Shown: in pieces, positions 1 through 10,627 of the stretch
Layout of the letters: every line of letters begins with the position of its first letter
Numbering within the stretch: the stretch's first letter is position 1
Origin: an uncultured Pseudomonadota bacterium
Lineage (GTDB): Bacteria > Oederibacteriota > Muellerivitia > Muellerivitales > Muellerivitaceae
NCBI GenBank assembly: GCA_963770835.1
Contig: CAVYRH010000026.1
Span: forward strand, 384,001 to 448,000
DNA length: 64,000 bases
Reading direction: 5' to 3'
Made by a program: the position numbers and the translations under genes
The notes under the pieces: model-generated
Told to the model about the DNA's origin: nothing
Seen by the model: the letters and a program-made list of their open reading frames with translations, nothing else
Databases searched by the model: none

Positions 1-399
1 AAAAAGCAGCCCGCCCCCGACCCCGCCCACCGGGACGAAAGCCTTTATTACGTCCTGGACAAGAACACTTCCTACGGCGAAATGTGCCTGACGGCCAGCA
101 GCGTTTTTTCCAGAAACGAAATCGTGGAATTGGAGCTTTTCGTGGCCCGCCACCGGGCCAAACTGCGGCTTTTGGCCAAGATCAAGAAAATGGAGACTTT
201 CCACGAACTTCAGAGGCCCCTTTTCCGGGGTGACCTCCAATTCGCGGCGGTAAACAAACACGACTTTGAAAATGTCCGTGCCCTGGAAGAACAAAAGATC
301 CGGGAAGAAACCGCTTTCCGGAATTCTTTCGCGCACCAGACCCCCAAAGCCGCCGATGCCCCGGCTAATTCCATGCGCCTGACCTTCAAACGGGGCTAA
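1..399 (+). CDS. 5'-truncated hypothetical protein, possibly a PilZ-like C-terminal domain
   Basis: Frame is open from base 1 (KKQPAPDPAHRDESLYYVLDKNTSYGEMCL...). NTSYGEMCL resembles the PilZ D/NxSxGG motif and is followed by PilZ-like beta strands. Confidence 0.45.
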   Translation, partial: KKQPAPDPAHRDESLYYVLDKNTSYGEMCLTASSVFSRNEIVELELFVARHRAKLRLLAKIKKMETFHELQRPLFRGDLQFAAVNKHDFENVRALEEQKIREETAFRNSFAHQTPKAADAPANSMRLTFKRG

Positions 400-402
400 A
401 AA

Positions 403-485
403 GCAGTTCAAAGCCGGCATTTGACAGCTCACAGCAACAGCCTAAAACCTCAATCTTGTCGGCCTTGCTGTTAACTGTGAACTGT
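403..485. repeat. Heptamer-arm palindromic intergenic element
   Basis: CAGTTCA...CAGCTCACAGCAA arm and inverted TTGCTGTTAACTGTGAACTG arm. Confidence 0.6.
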
Positions 486-583
486 ATTTTTGGTGTGGCC
501 GACGGCCTTTTAAATCGGTAAAATCCATCCGCTTCGGCAATCATCCTGCCTGAAAAAGAATGCTCAAAAGGAAAAGGTGGAAA

Positions 584-1591
584 ATGGAAAAGTTCAATCT
601 CGACGGTCCGGCGGCGTTTGTTATCCCCCATTGGAGCCAAGGTTCGGCCATGGAACGCAAATGGCTGGATGAAACCCTGGAAAGGATCAAGCTCCAAACC
701 GACCCCAACTGGGTGATCCTCATCGGCGACGGCAACTCCCCCTCCGCCGAGGCCAAGGAGTATTTGAGGAAACTGGAGAAGGAATACAACGGGAAGATGA
801 AAATCCTCTTCATGGACCACTCGGACGGCCCGGGCCATGCCCGCAACGTGGCCATCCAGTACGCCTACGAGCAGAAGTATCCCTTCATCGTTTTCATCGA
901 CGCGGACGACCTGACCCACCCCTGGCGGGTGGAAGTGGTGCGCGACATCTTCAAGAAAAACCCCAATGCGGGGGTGGTATACAGCACGTTCAACGTGATC
1001 AACGAGGACGGCAAACCAACGCCCTACGCCAAGTGCTCCCAGTCCATCGTGGAGATCCTGGAATCCCACAGTAACCCGCCCCAGGGCAAGGACGCCTGGA
1101 TCAACATCTGCACCGAGGCCGGCTATACCAACTTGACTTCCACCACCTCGGTCTTGACCGGTATCGCCCGCGACATCCCCTTCCCCGGGGAAAAGGCCAG
1201 CGAGGACTACTACGCCTGGCTTTGCTACTCGGCCAGCGGCGCCGAGTTCGTCTTCACGCCCTTGACCCCCACCAATTACCGCATTCCGCAGAACACCCAG
1301 GGATCGGCTTCCCGCAGCCGCGAGGGTGGCAAGTCGAAGTTTTATGAGACCAAGTGCCGCGTGGACGCCGCCGGGGTCGAGAAGGCCATCGAACTGGCCA
1401 CGAAGCGCGGAGTCTTGGACGAGAAGAAGGCCAACGACATCCGCGCCAAGTTCTACGTCAAGGAAGCCGTCACCATGTTCCGCGAGAACGAGCACGGCCT
1501 GGCCAAGATGTGCACCGACAATGCCCGCAAGTTCAACGCGGGCATCGCCGACAAGCTCATCGCCGAAAAGGGCCTTTCCAGCCTCAAATAG
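584..1591 (+). CDS. Glycosyltransferase family 2 protein
   Basis: FVIP, LIGDGNS, GPGHARN, FIDADD (DxD) and SEDY motifs of the GT-A fold. Confidence 0.88.
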   Translation: MEKFNLDGPAAFVIPHWSQGSAMERKWLDETLERIKLQTDPNWVILIGDGNSPSAEAKEYLRKLEKEYNGKMKILFMDHSDGPGHARNVAIQYAYEQKYPFIVFIDADDLTHPWRVEVVRDIFKKNPNAGVVYSTFNVINEDGKPTPYAKCSQSIVEILESHSNPPQGKDAWINICTEAGYTNLTSTTSVLTGIARDIPFPGEKASEDYYAWLCYSASGAEFVFTPLTPTNYRIPQNTQGSASRSREGGKSKFYETKCRVDAAGVEKAIELATKRGVLDEKKANDIRAKFYVKEAVTMFRENEHGLAKMCTDNARKFNAGIADKLIAEKGLSSLK

Positions 1592-1635
1592 CGAGAGCCC
1601 TGGAAAACCCAACCGGGTAAAGGTAAAGTTTCACC

Positions 1636-1667
1636 AAAAGGACCACTGAAGGCGAGTGGTCCTTTTT
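1636..1667. terminator. Bidirectional intrinsic terminator
   Basis: AAAAGGACCACT-gaaggcg-AGTGGTCCTTTTT hairpin. Confidence 0.7.
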
Positions 1668-1705
1668 ACTTTCCGCCCGAGGGGCGGGTACCCGGATGGG
1701 AACCG

Positions 1706-3376
1706 ATGAGGCTTGCTCTTCAACTTCGCGCTTGGGCCCTTTGCCTGGCCCCGGGCTTCCTGTTTCCCGCCATGACCCAGGCCGGTCCCGTTTCCAACCA
1801 GGGCACCGAGTTCTGGCTGACTTTCCCCAACCAATACCAGACCCAGCCCCAAGCCCTCGACCTTTTCATCCTTTCCCAAACCGGGGCCTCAGGTATGGTT
1901 TCTGTGGCCGGGCTTTCCTACGGGCAGGCCTTTTCGGTCGCGGCCAATTCCGCAACGACCGTAGTGGTCCCGGAAAGCGCCATGCTTTCGGCCTCGGACG
2001 GCGTCCAGAACCTGGCCATCCACGTCACTTCCAACAGCAGCGTCAACGTGATCGGCCTGGAATACGCGAATCTCGTGACGGACGGCTATTTGGCCCTTCC
2101 CGTGGGCGCCATCGGAACGCAGTACTGGGTGGCCAGCTACACCGCGGATGTTGTTTCAGGGGGCACGACCGCGATCGGTTCCAGCGAATTCGCGGTCGTG
2201 GCTTCCCAGGATTCCACCAGCGTCACCATTACGCCTTCCATCACAGTGGGCTCCCACCCCGTGAGCGTTGCCTACACCGTAACCTTAAACCAGTGGCAGA
2301 CCTATGAGCTCCAGGCGGACATCTTGGGCAACGACCTAACCGGCACGCAGGTCACTTCCAACCTCCCCGTGGCCTTTTTTGACGCCAACGCCTGCGCCGA
2401 TGTGCCGGTAAGCTACACAACCTGCAACATGCTCTTGGAGGAGGAAATCCCCCTCACCACCTGGGGAACGGCCTTCGTCACCGTCCCCCTGGCCACCCGG
2501 AGCTCCGATACCTTCCGGTATCTTTCCTCAGCGAACGGCACGACCGTCAACGTCAATGGCGCGGCCGTGACCACCCTCAACCAAGGCCAGTTTTACGAGC
2601 AGATGCTTTCCACGGCCTCCTACATCACCTCTAATAACCCCATCCTGGTCATGCAATATTCCAACAGCCACACCTACGACAACGTGGCCATCGGGGACCC
2701 CTCCCAGATCACCGTGCCGCCCGTTTCGGATTACGGCACCGCCTACCAACTGGCGGCCCCCGCCACAGTTTTTCCCGCGAATTACCTGAACGTGGCCGCG
2801 CCCAGCGCGGAAGCCGGTTCCATAACGTTCGATGGGGCCCTCCTCCCGGCGGGAAGTTTCTCGGTGGTGGGGGCCAGCGGGTTCTCGGCGGCACAGGTGA
2901 CCATCGGTACGGGCTATCACCAGCTCTCCGGGCCCCAGCCCTTTGGGGTGGAATCCTACGGCTTCGCCAACCACGACGCCTATGGCTACCCGGGCGGGCT
3001 CGTCTTCGTCAACCTGCCCACCCTCACCCCAACGCCTACTCCCACGGTTACCCCGACTCCGACCATCACCCCGACCCCGATTCCCACATTAACCCCCACG
3101 CCCGTTTGCGTCATCAAGGTCTGGCCGGTGCCTTTTAATCCGCCGAGGGCGGTGGGGGGGGTCTTGAAGTTGGATTGCCTCCAGCCGAACGACCAGGTTT
3201 CGTATTACACCTTATCGGGGGAATTGGTGTTTCAAACGAACTCCCCGGGGGCCGAATATGATTGGAACGGGACGAATACCGCGGGAATACCCGTGGCTCC
3301 CGGTATTTATTTCTACACGGTAGTGCGGAATGGGCAGGTGGTGAAGAGGGACAAGTTTATTTTGGTGAGGCTTTGA
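1706..3376 (+). CDS. Secreted IgGFc-binding-domain protein with Thr-Pro linker and FlgD/T9SS-CTD-like C-terminal domain
   Basis: Signal peptide; GTEFWLTF, DGYLALPV..GTQY, DLTGTQVTSNLPVAFF and PFGVESYG..DAYGYPGG motifs; (TP)n linker; C-terminus WPVPFNP...YTLSGELV...WNG...VAPGIYF. Confidence 0.8.
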   Translation: MRLALQLRAWALCLAPGFLFPAMTQAGPVSNQGTEFWLTFPNQYQTQPQALDLFILSQTGASGMVSVAGLSYGQAFSVAANSATTVVVPESAMLSASDGVQNLAIHVTSNSSVNVIGLEYANLVTDGYLALPVGAIGTQYWVASYTADVVSGGTTAIGSSEFAVVASQDSTSVTITPSITVGSHPVSVAYTVTLNQWQTYELQADILGNDLTGTQVTSNLPVAFFDANACADVPVSYTTCNMLLEEEIPLTTWGTAFVTVPLATRSSDTFRYLSSANGTTVNVNGAAVTTLNQGQFYEQMLSTASYITSNNPILVMQYSNSHTYDNVAIGDPSQITVPPVSDYGTAYQLAAPATVFPANYLNVAAPSAEAGSITFDGALLPAGSFSVVGASGFSAAQVTIGTGYHQLSGPQPFGVESYGFANHDAYGYPGGLVFVNLPTLTPTPTPTVTPTPTITPTPIPTLTPTPVCVIKVWPVPFNPPRAVGGVLKLDCLQPNDQVSYYTLSGELVFQTNSPGAEYDWNGTNTAGIPVAPGIYFYTVVRNGQVVKRDKFILVRL

Positions 3377-3415
3377 GCTGTAAAATGAAATAAGCGATCG
3401 AATTAGTGTCGAAAA

Positions 3416-4408
3416 GTGATTGGTTATAAGTTGAGGAAGGAGCCCCTTTTGAAAAGAATTGTTTGTATGTTGGTTTTCTTTTTTGGCTCACAACTTGCTC
3501 TGGCTCAACCCCCAAAAGAAATCAGCTCTATCTACGTTTTGAAAAATGGTCCCAAGGAGTGTTGCCGTGAAATCCCGGGAATGGGGCCTGTTAAAAAATT
3601 TCCAGTTGATAAATTTGAAATGGTTTTGGAGAAAGAAATAAACACTGAAGCGAAAATCAATATATTTAAAAGTAAGGATGGAAAGAATGAAAATACAATA
3701 AAAGTAATTTTTGCTAAACCTCCGCAATTAAACGGTGTGTTTTTACTCGACGCCTCTGGAAACACGATGGCTTCCATAACTAAAGACCTATTTACGCAAG
3801 ACGGCGATTTAACTTTTTCCACCTGTGACGAGGTGGTTAGTGGCGATTTAAACGGTGACCATAAAAACGATTATTTTGTTTGTCTAACCGAGATCGGGAA
3901 TGGGATAGCACAGTCCGGCGAGGGTATTTTTTTCTTATCGAATAGCCAGGGTTATGCATCGAAATGGTATGAAGCTTATACAGTTGATTCTGATGATTTA
4001 GTTGATTTGTGCAACGATGGGCGGTGTTTTTTAATCGATGATAATGTCATATGGACCGATAACCTCGATCTGCCGCCGAAAGACTTTAGCGAAATCCCAA
4101 CTGATATTGATGAAGCGGAAAAAGAGGCGATTAAAAAAGGGGAGACGTCAGGAATTTTTGGAAACGATTTATTTTTTTCAGTTTATTACCCGGTTGAAGT
4201 CCATAGAGATAAATTGGTCATCGCCAACAATATCGATAAGCGATTTCCCGTATTTCAGTCTTGGTTTAGATGGGAGGGGTTGGAGAACAAGGGCGAAACA
4301 CAATTAATCAGCAAGAAACAAAAACAAAAAATTTGGGAAGAGAATATTAAAAATATAATGGATGTTCCTATTCGAGACAAAACATTTGAAATGCCACAAT
4401 CCAATTAA
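3416..4408 (+). CDS. Hypothetical secreted protein (AT-rich; FG-GAP-like GDLNGDHKND motif)
   Basis: 330-aa ORF with a signal-peptide-like N-terminus. The start may be the TTG near 3449. Confidence 0.6.
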   Translation: MIGYKLRKEPLLKRIVCMLVFFFGSQLALAQPPKEISSIYVLKNGPKECCREIPGMGPVKKFPVDKFEMVLEKEINTEAKINIFKSKDGKNENTIKVIFAKPPQLNGVFLLDASGNTMASITKDLFTQDGDLTFSTCDEVVSGDLNGDHKNDYFVCLTEIGNGIAQSGEGIFFLSNSQGYASKWYEAYTVDSDDLVDLCNDGRCFLIDDNVIWTDNLDLPPKDFSEIPTDIDEAEKEAIKKGETSGIFGNDLFFSVYYPVEVHRDKLVIANNIDKRFPVFQSWFRWEGLENKGETQLISKKQKQKIWEENIKNIMDVPIRDKTFEMPQSN

Positions 4409-5130
4409 ACAGTAGTTTTTTCAATCTTTGGCATTTGGTCCCAAGTGCGACCTTGTAAAGTGCGTCCATTGCGTTTTTTCCAGACGCCGCCCCATTGTTT
4501 GAAAAAGAATGGGACCTTAGCCTTAACGCATTGTTTCTTTATCTCAAGCACCCAAGAACCATCCATCGGTCGTGCGCCAGGGCCTGATTCTCCTCCAACA
4601 ATAGCCCAATCAATTCCTTTCAATTTCAAGTTCGGCAAGGGGCCCAGAAGGGGTTCCAGCGAAAGAAACTTGATATGGGCTTTTGTTTTGCGAAGGTGAT
4701 CAATACGGTAGGTGAAGCTGTCAGATTCCACGCTAACACCCATCCAAATGTTCGGAGCCCAGGATAATTTAGGGCTTAGTTCTTCCAGCCGTTCAGCGCG
4801 TTTGGTGAGCACTTGGAAGATATGCCAATGGGCACGGTTCATGATGTTAAAAACCTGTTGGATGAACTTGAGTGGGACGTCTTTGTGAAATAAGTCACTC
4901 ATGGAATTAACGAAGATGGTCTTGGGAGTTTTCCAGGACAAAGGAAGCTCTATTCGGTCGGGCCAGAGTTTGAGGTCAAAGCCTTGTTTGAAGGGATGTC
5001 CTGGAACCCCACGGAATCGTTCAGCGAACCGCTCGGCGTAACAGTGTGCACAGCCGGCACTGACCTTGTCACATCCAGTGACAGGGTTCCAGGTTGAGTT
5101 GGTCCATTCAATTGTTGATTTCTCAGCCAT
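4405..5130 (-). CDS. DUF5131 / phage Gp37-Gp68 family radical-SAM-like protein
   Basis: IEWTNSTWNPVTGCDKVSAGCAHCYA (three-Cys motif), FVNSMSDLFH, FQVLTKR, SLEPLLG, VGGESG, FFFKQWGG. Confidence 0.93.
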   Translation of the reverse strand: MAEKSTIEWTNSTWNPVTGCDKVSAGCAHCYAERFAERFRGVPGHPFKQGFDLKLWPDRIELPLSWKTPKTIFVNSMSDLFHKDVPLKFIQQVFNIMNRAHWHIFQVLTKRAERLEELSPKLSWAPNIWMGVSVESDSFTYRIDHLRKTKAHIKFLSLEPLLGPLPNLKLKGIDWAIVGGESGPGARPMDGSWVLEIKKQCVKAKVPFFFKQWGGVWKKRNGRTLQGRTWDQMPKIEKTTV

Positions 5131-6080
5131 GAATTACCCTTTTAAAATGTGGTTAGCTATTCTAAGGGCAATTGGCATCCCTTTTTCATTGCCACAAGCA
5201 AAGCATAGCAAAAACAATGGGTTGTTTTTGGAGTTTAAAAGCCTAGCCGGATTTGGTGCAACGCCAACGAAAAGACTTCTTAAACGATCAAGCATGTATT
5301 GTTCGATTTTCTCATAATCGGCAGTCTTTACTAAACCTGGTTCAGTTTGGAATAAATCCAAAGTTTGTTCTTGAGAATAAAATGCCTTTCGCCAGCTCGC
5401 TTCTCCAAAAATAGAAGTCAGCTTATCTTCCCATTCTGGGTCGAGGCGTCCATCCTTTTTTAAAAGTCGAGTTACTGCGTTAATTGGAAACAAATACCAA
5501 AGATCAATAGCTTTGGTCTTGGCAATAGCTTCTATCACCTTCCAATTTACTTGCATAGCAAAAGGGTCGAGGAATAATACGGCTCTACTTGTTGACCAGT
5601 TTGTTTTAGAACAAAAGGTTAATAAGAAGTCATTTGCATCTTCAGAAGCCAATGTTATATCGGCTTTTTTATCCGGGAATTCTTCAATTAACTTTTCCAA
5701 CTCCAAAAATTGTTTCGAGTCCTTCTCAATAAAAACATATTTTTTAAATCTAGGGGTTGTTTCTAAAGCAATTCTTGCTGATCCCTTTATGAATTTTTGC
5801 GATTCTTGATCTGTTAATTCAAGAAAAGATAATTCAGATTCATCAGATTTTTTCTTTACAGTCATATAACCTGATCCCGCGAAAGCATCGATGTAAACCG
5901 TTTCGAAAGGTTGCTTTTTTAGTACAGTTGTATATTTCGTTAAATATTGGCTGTAAACGCCGGTCGAAAAGTGTGACGGTCTGAGAGGTCAAAAAGGCGG
6001 TCGAAAAGTGTGACACTCCCCGAATATCCGGGACAATGTGGTTTTCAGCAATGGAACTACAGGCACCGGAAGGAAAAGGA

Positions 6081-7592
6081 GTGTTCAAAGATATGGACCG
6101 ATGGACGGAAATCCGCAAGAAAGTGCTGGTAGAAGGGGTCTCCAAGCGCCAGGTGATGGAAGAGGAGGGCATCCACTGGGAAACCCTCAAGAAGATCCTC
6201 GCCCACAGTAAGCCGCCCGGCTACCGGAAGAACCGGGGATCGGGACCCAGCCGAAGATTGGGCCGTTCCTGGGCCGCATCAAGCAAATCCTCGAAGACGA
6301 CAAGCACACCCACAAGAAACAGCGCCATACCGCCAAGCGCATCTTTGAGCGCCTACGAAGCCGAGGATGGCTACACCGGCGGATACACCCAGGTGAAAAA
6401 GGCCGTCCGGGGACTCAAGCGAAGGAATAGCGAGGTCTTCGTGCCGTTGACGCACCGGCCCGGCGAGGCCAGGTGGACTTTGGGCACGCCCTGGTGAAGC
6501 TCAAGGCGTGTTGGTGAAGCGCCCGTACTTCGTGATGGCCTTGCCCTATTCGGACGCTTACTTCGTGCAGATATTTGAGCGGGAGAGCACGGAGTTCGTC
6601 TGGGAAGGCCACATCCGGGCGTTCGAGTATTTCGGCGGGGTGCCCTGGCGGATCAGCTACGACAACGCCGAGACCCTCGTGAAAAAGTTGCTCGGGGTAC
6701 ACCAACGGGAGTTGACCCGGAGTTTCAAGCAGTTGGTGAGCCATTATCTCTTCGACCACCACTTCTGCACGGTACGCCGGGGCAACGAAAAGGGCGTGGT
6801 GGAAGGCGGGGTGAAGTATGTGCGGCTGAATTTCATGGTGCCGGTTCCACAAGTGGGACAGCTTGGAGGAACTGAACAAGAGGTTGGTGGTGAACTGCGA
6901 CGAGGATTTGGAACGCAAAGTGCGCGGCAAAGGAGCGGCCAAAGCCAAGCTTCTGGAGGAGGACAGGCCCATTTTCGGCCTTTACCTGCCGCTGCTTTTG
7001 ACGCCTGTCTGAAGCAGTCCACCACGGCCACATCGTTGTCCCTGGTGCGCTTCGACACCAACGACTATTCCGTGCCGACGGAGTGGGCCCACCATCCGGT
7101 GGTGGTGAAGGGATACATCGACCGGGTGGATATTTTCCACAAGGAAAAACGGATCGCGACCCACGAGCGTCTTTGGTGCAAGGAGGGCGTGACCTTCAAT
7201 CCAGTGCATTATTTGGCGATTTTGGAGGGCAAACCTGGGGCACTGGATCATGCCCGGCCCCTGGAAGACTGGAACCTGCCGGAGAGTTTCGCCCTGCTGC
7301 GCCGCCGCATGGAAGGCAAGGAGAAGTTTCACGGTGAGGGAACGCGGGAATACATCCGCACGCTGCGGCTTATGGAAAAGCATTCCATGGGCAGGCTTCA
7401 CCGGGCGGTGAAGAAAGCCGTGCAGATGGAAATCTATACCCGCGACGCCGTCGCCCAATTGCTCTACTCCAGGGAGGATTTCAGGCTGACCACCTTCAGC
7501 CTGGCCGGTCGTGAGCACTTGCGGCGGGTCCAGGTGGCCCGAACGGATCTTCGGCCTACCGCGAACTGATGGCGGTCGGAGGTGAAGCATGA
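6081..7592 (+). pseudogene. istA: IS21 transposase IstA (several frameshifts in this sequence)
   Basis: HTH N-terminus; GEA(QVDF), FEYFGGVP..ISYDN, NEKGVVE, VRFDTNDYSVP; split across reading frames. Confidence 0.88.
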
Positions 7593-8390
7593 GCACTTCC
7601 AAAAACACCCTCCTGCTGGAACATCACTCAAGAAACTCAAACTGCCCACGATGTAGCGCGAGTACGACAAGATGGCCCAGCTCTGCCGCACCGAGCGCAG
7701 CGACTATCCGCAGTACCTGTTCAGGCTTCCGAACTGGAACTTCTGGACCGGGAACGCCGGGCCAAGGAGAGGCGCATCCGCGATGCCGGCTTTCCCGTGC
7801 TCAAAACCTTGGACACGTTCGACTTCAAGGCCCAGCCCTCGATCAACCAGGAATTGACGCGGGAACTGATGCGGGGCGAGTACATCGACAAAAAGGAAAA
7901 CGTCCTGCTGGTCGGCAATTCAGGAACGGGCAAAACCCACTTGGCCACGGCCTTGGCCTTCCAGGCCTGCTCCCAAGGCCGGGCAGTGCGCTTCTTCTCC
8001 GTCACCGGCCTGGTGACAGAACTTTTGGAGCGCCGCGAGGAAAAACAATTGGCCAAGTTCCACCGGCAGTTGGCCAGGCACCACCTGATCGTCCTGGACG
8101 AACTGGGTTACGTGCCCTTCACCAAGGCGGGGGCCGAGCTACTTATTCGAGTGGTCAGCAAGGCCTATGAACGTACCAGCCTGATGGTAACGACCAATTT
8201 GCCCTTTGAAAATTGGGTGGAAATCATGGGTTCCGAGAGGATGACGGGCGCGCTTATTGACCGTTTGACCCATCGGGTGCATATTCTGGAGGCCAACGGC
8301 CAAAGCTTCAGGCTGGGGGAATCAAAAAAACGGCTCAAAGAACAAAGACAAGAAGGATTGATAAAGCTAACCAACGACCATACACCGTAA
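7589..8390 (+). pseudogene. istB: IS21 helper ATPase IstB (frameshifts and in-frame TAG at 7654)
   Basis: GNSGTGKTHLA (Walker A), LIVLDELGY (Walker B), TTNLPF, DRLTHR. Confidence 0.9.
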
Positions 8391-8566
8391 GGCGTATGGA
8401 AGGCGGGGGGTGTCACACTTTTGGACCGCCCACCGTCACACTTTTCGAGCGGCGCGGACATATTGGCGAATCATTTCAAGCTTTTGAACCGACCAATCTC
8501 CGCCAAAGTTTTGCTGGCTTTTTTTCATTATTTAACTGTCCATCGTTAAAGTTAATTTTATGGCGC

Positions 8567-8603
8567 TTGACATTTTACCAAAAAAGAATACACCTGTATA
8601 CTT
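8567..8603 (+). promoter_or_regulatory. Putative dinB promoter region with palindrome ATACA-CC-TGTAT
   Basis: TTGACA at 8567-8572; palindrome at 8588-8599 just upstream of the ATG. Confidence 0.35.
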
Positions 8604-9866
8604 ATGAACCATATTATAGCCCATATCGACATGAACTCCTTCTTTGTGTCCTGTGAAAGGCTGATCGACCCTTCCTTGAACGGCAAGCCGGTTATCGTGG
8701 GCGGACACAAGGGGGAACGTGGGGTGGTGGCTTCGGCCTCCTATGAGGCCCGCAAGTACGGCATCAAGTCCGGCATGCCGCTTATGACCGCCGAGAAACT
8801 CTGCCCCAAAGCCCTCTTCGTGCCGGGACACCACAAGCTTTACTCCAAATATTCCCGCAAGGTTTATGTGCTTCTTCGCCGGGCCGCTCCCCTGGTGGAA
8901 TACGCCTCCATCGACGAGTTCTACCTGGACTTCACCGGCTGCGAGGCCCTTTACGGCCACGACCTCTGGGCCATGGCCCGAAAGGTGCGGGATTCGGTCT
9001 TCGACCGCACGAAGCTTTCCTGCACTGTCGCCATCGGGTCCAACAAATATGTGGCGAAGATTGCGGGCAAAACCGTGAAGCCCGATCCCGCCACTTTGGG
9101 GAAAAAGGTCGGTGAAAACACGGGGGTTGTCGTGGTGCCGGAGGGAGAAGAGCAGAAGTTCCTCGCGCCCTTGCCTATCGAGCGCTTGCACGGGGCGGGG
9201 GAGAAGACCCAGCCCCGCCTGAAGGAAATGCGCATCCACAAGATCGGCGATATCGTGCCCATCCCCCTGCCAAAGCTGCAAAAATCCTTCGGCCCCTCGG
9301 CGGGGGAGTGGCTTTACGAAGCGGCCCGAGGTTTAGGGAGCGCGGAGGTCCACCCTTTCCACGATGCCAAGAGCGTGGGGCATGAGACGACTTTCGAGAA
9401 AGACACGGACAACCTCCAGCAAATCCACCAAACCCTGGCCTGGCTTTCGGAAAAAGGTTGTTACCGCTTGAGGCGCACGGGCAAGAAGGCCCGCACCATC
9501 ACCCTCAAACTGCGCTACGACGACTTCCAAACCATCACCCGCGCGAAGACCATCCCCGAGACCGACGACGACGCGGTGGTCATGAAGACCGCCTATGAGT
9601 TGTTCAAGGAATCCCACGTTCGCAAGCGCAAGATCAGGCTTTTAGGAGTTTCCCTCTCCAAGTTCGAGAAGGGGGAGGAGGTAAACCAATGGCTATTCCC
9701 GGAGATGAGCTCCAAGAAAAAGGAAGCGCTCTTCAAAAGCGTGGATGCCATCAAGCGAAAATACGGTTTCAACAAACTGGAAAAGGCGTCTTCCCTGGAC
9801 CCGAATGAAAAACACGATAAGGAAAGGGAAGGGCCGTCTTCTTTTGAGAAGCCCAAGATTAAATAA
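8604..9866 (+). CDS. dinB: DNA polymerase IV (Y-family)
   Basis: HIDMNSFFVSCE, GVVASASYEARKYG, SIDEFYLD, KSVGHETTF, TITLKLRYDDF. Confidence 0.95.
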   Translation: MNHIIAHIDMNSFFVSCERLIDPSLNGKPVIVGGHKGERGVVASASYEARKYGIKSGMPLMTAEKLCPKALFVPGHHKLYSKYSRKVYVLLRRAAPLVEYASIDEFYLDFTGCEALYGHDLWAMARKVRDSVFDRTKLSCTVAIGSNKYVAKIAGKTVKPDPATLGKKVGENTGVVVVPEGEEQKFLAPLPIERLHGAGEKTQPRLKEMRIHKIGDIVPIPLPKLQKSFGPSAGEWLYEAARGLGSAEVHPFHDAKSVGHETTFEKDTDNLQQIHQTLAWLSEKGCYRLRRTGKKARTITLKLRYDDFQTITRAKTIPETDDDAVVMKTAYELFKESHVRKRKIRLLGVSLSKFEKGEEVNQWLFPEMSSKKKEALFKSVDAIKRKYGFNKLEKASSLDPNEKHDKEREGPSSFEKPKIK

Positions 9867-9889
9867 AAGCTTTGAACAAAAAGACTTTT

Positions 9890-9983
9890 CACCACAGAGG
9901 GCACAGAGTTCGCGGGGTAAAATCATCAATATTTTGATGAAATTCTTCCGCCTTACTCTGTGTGCTCTGCGGACTCTGTGGTT
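9890..9983. repeat. Nonamer-arm palindromic intergenic element
   Basis: CACCACAGAGGGCACAGAG... and inverted CTCTGTGTGCTCTGCGGACTCTGTGGT. Confidence 0.7.
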
Positions 9984-10086
9984 CGATTGTTTCTGGTTAA
10001 AGCTTACAAGTTTTTTTAAGGCATTTATTGGAGTTTGAGGGACCTTTCGATAACATAATCCCCGATAACTTTTCTGGGGAACACAT

Positions 10087-10440
10087 ATGAAAGCCGACGA
10101 AACAGGAATCCTCCTCTGGGTGAAGAATTACGAAGCCTGTGTCGAATTTTACGAGAAGGTGCTGGAACTGAAAGTGCGGTTCCGGAAGCCCTATTTGACG
10201 ACCTTCGATTTCGGGAATTCCTACTTGCTGGTGGAAAAAGAGGACCCGGCCCATGGGGCCATCCATCGCGGCGGGAGGAAGCCCTTCATTCTCCGCCTCA
10301 ATGTTTCGGACGTCCAACAGGCGACCTGGCAGCTTCGGGCCAAGGAAGTTGAGGTAGAGTTCGATTCCCACGACTGGGGCGACACCGGCCAGTTCCATGA
10401 CCCCGACGGGAATGTCCTGCAATTCTGCAAATGGAAATAA
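10087..10440 (+). CDS. VOC/glyoxalase family protein
   Basis: VKNYEACVEFYEKVLEL ... DWG...FHDPDGNVLQF. Confidence 0.88.
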   Translation: MKADETGILLWVKNYEACVEFYEKVLELKVRFRKPYLTTFDFGNSYLLVEKEDPAHGAIHRGGRKPFILRLNVSDVQQATWQLRAKEVEVEFDSHDWGDTGQFHDPDGNVLQFCKWK

Positions 10441-10458
10441 AACCCAAAACGGCAGTTG

Positions 10459-10601
10459 GGCCGCAAATTGGCGCAAATTTTCGCGGATTTAAAAGCCAAA
10501 ATCTAAAAAAACTTAGAAAAAAGTTATTTCACCATTTTGATGAAGACGTAAGGTTTGTTTTTCGTCTCAATATCAGCGTCAATCCGCGCAAATCTGCGGC
10601 A
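10459..10601. repeat. Palindromic intergenic element with CGCAAATT/CGCGGATT arms
   Basis: CCGCAAATTGGCGCAAATTTTCGCGGATT ... ATCAGCGTCAATCCGCGCAAATCTGCGG. Confidence 0.65.
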
Positions 10602-10627
10602 GATGTTTTTTTTAGGACAAAGGCCTG

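Larger units (their letters stand above)
5952..8460 (+). mobile_element. IS21-family insertion sequence (2509 bp)
   Basis: Ends TGTAAACGCCGGTCGAAAAGTGTGACGGT and ACCGTCACACTTTTCGAGCGGCGCGGACA, each with a second internal GGTC(G/C)AAAAGTGTGAC repeat. TSD TATTGGC at 5945-5951 and 8461-8467. istA and istB inside. Confidence 0.95.
5134..8528 (-). pseudogene. tcmP: Three-Cys-motif partner protein TcmP, interrupted by IS21
   Basis: Removing 5952-8467 rejoins MKKSQQNFGGDWSVQKLEMIRQY-LTKYTTVLKKQPFETVYIDAFAGSG with the 243-aa ORF (FIEKD, LFLDPF). It lies next to DUF5131, as usual. Confidence 0.88.

Noticed and set aside
386..1612. Long antisense or alternative-frame ORFs (also 29304-30512, 31941-33182, 50862-52091, 56191-57435, 58740-59915)
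   Set aside because: Shadow ORFs of high-GC3 genes with clear homology on the other strand or frame.
6081..8390. IS21 as an anciently decayed element
   Set aside because: Intact ends and a perfect TSD argue for a recent insertion. The lesions may be polishing errors in a multicopy repeat; this cannot be resolved without reads.
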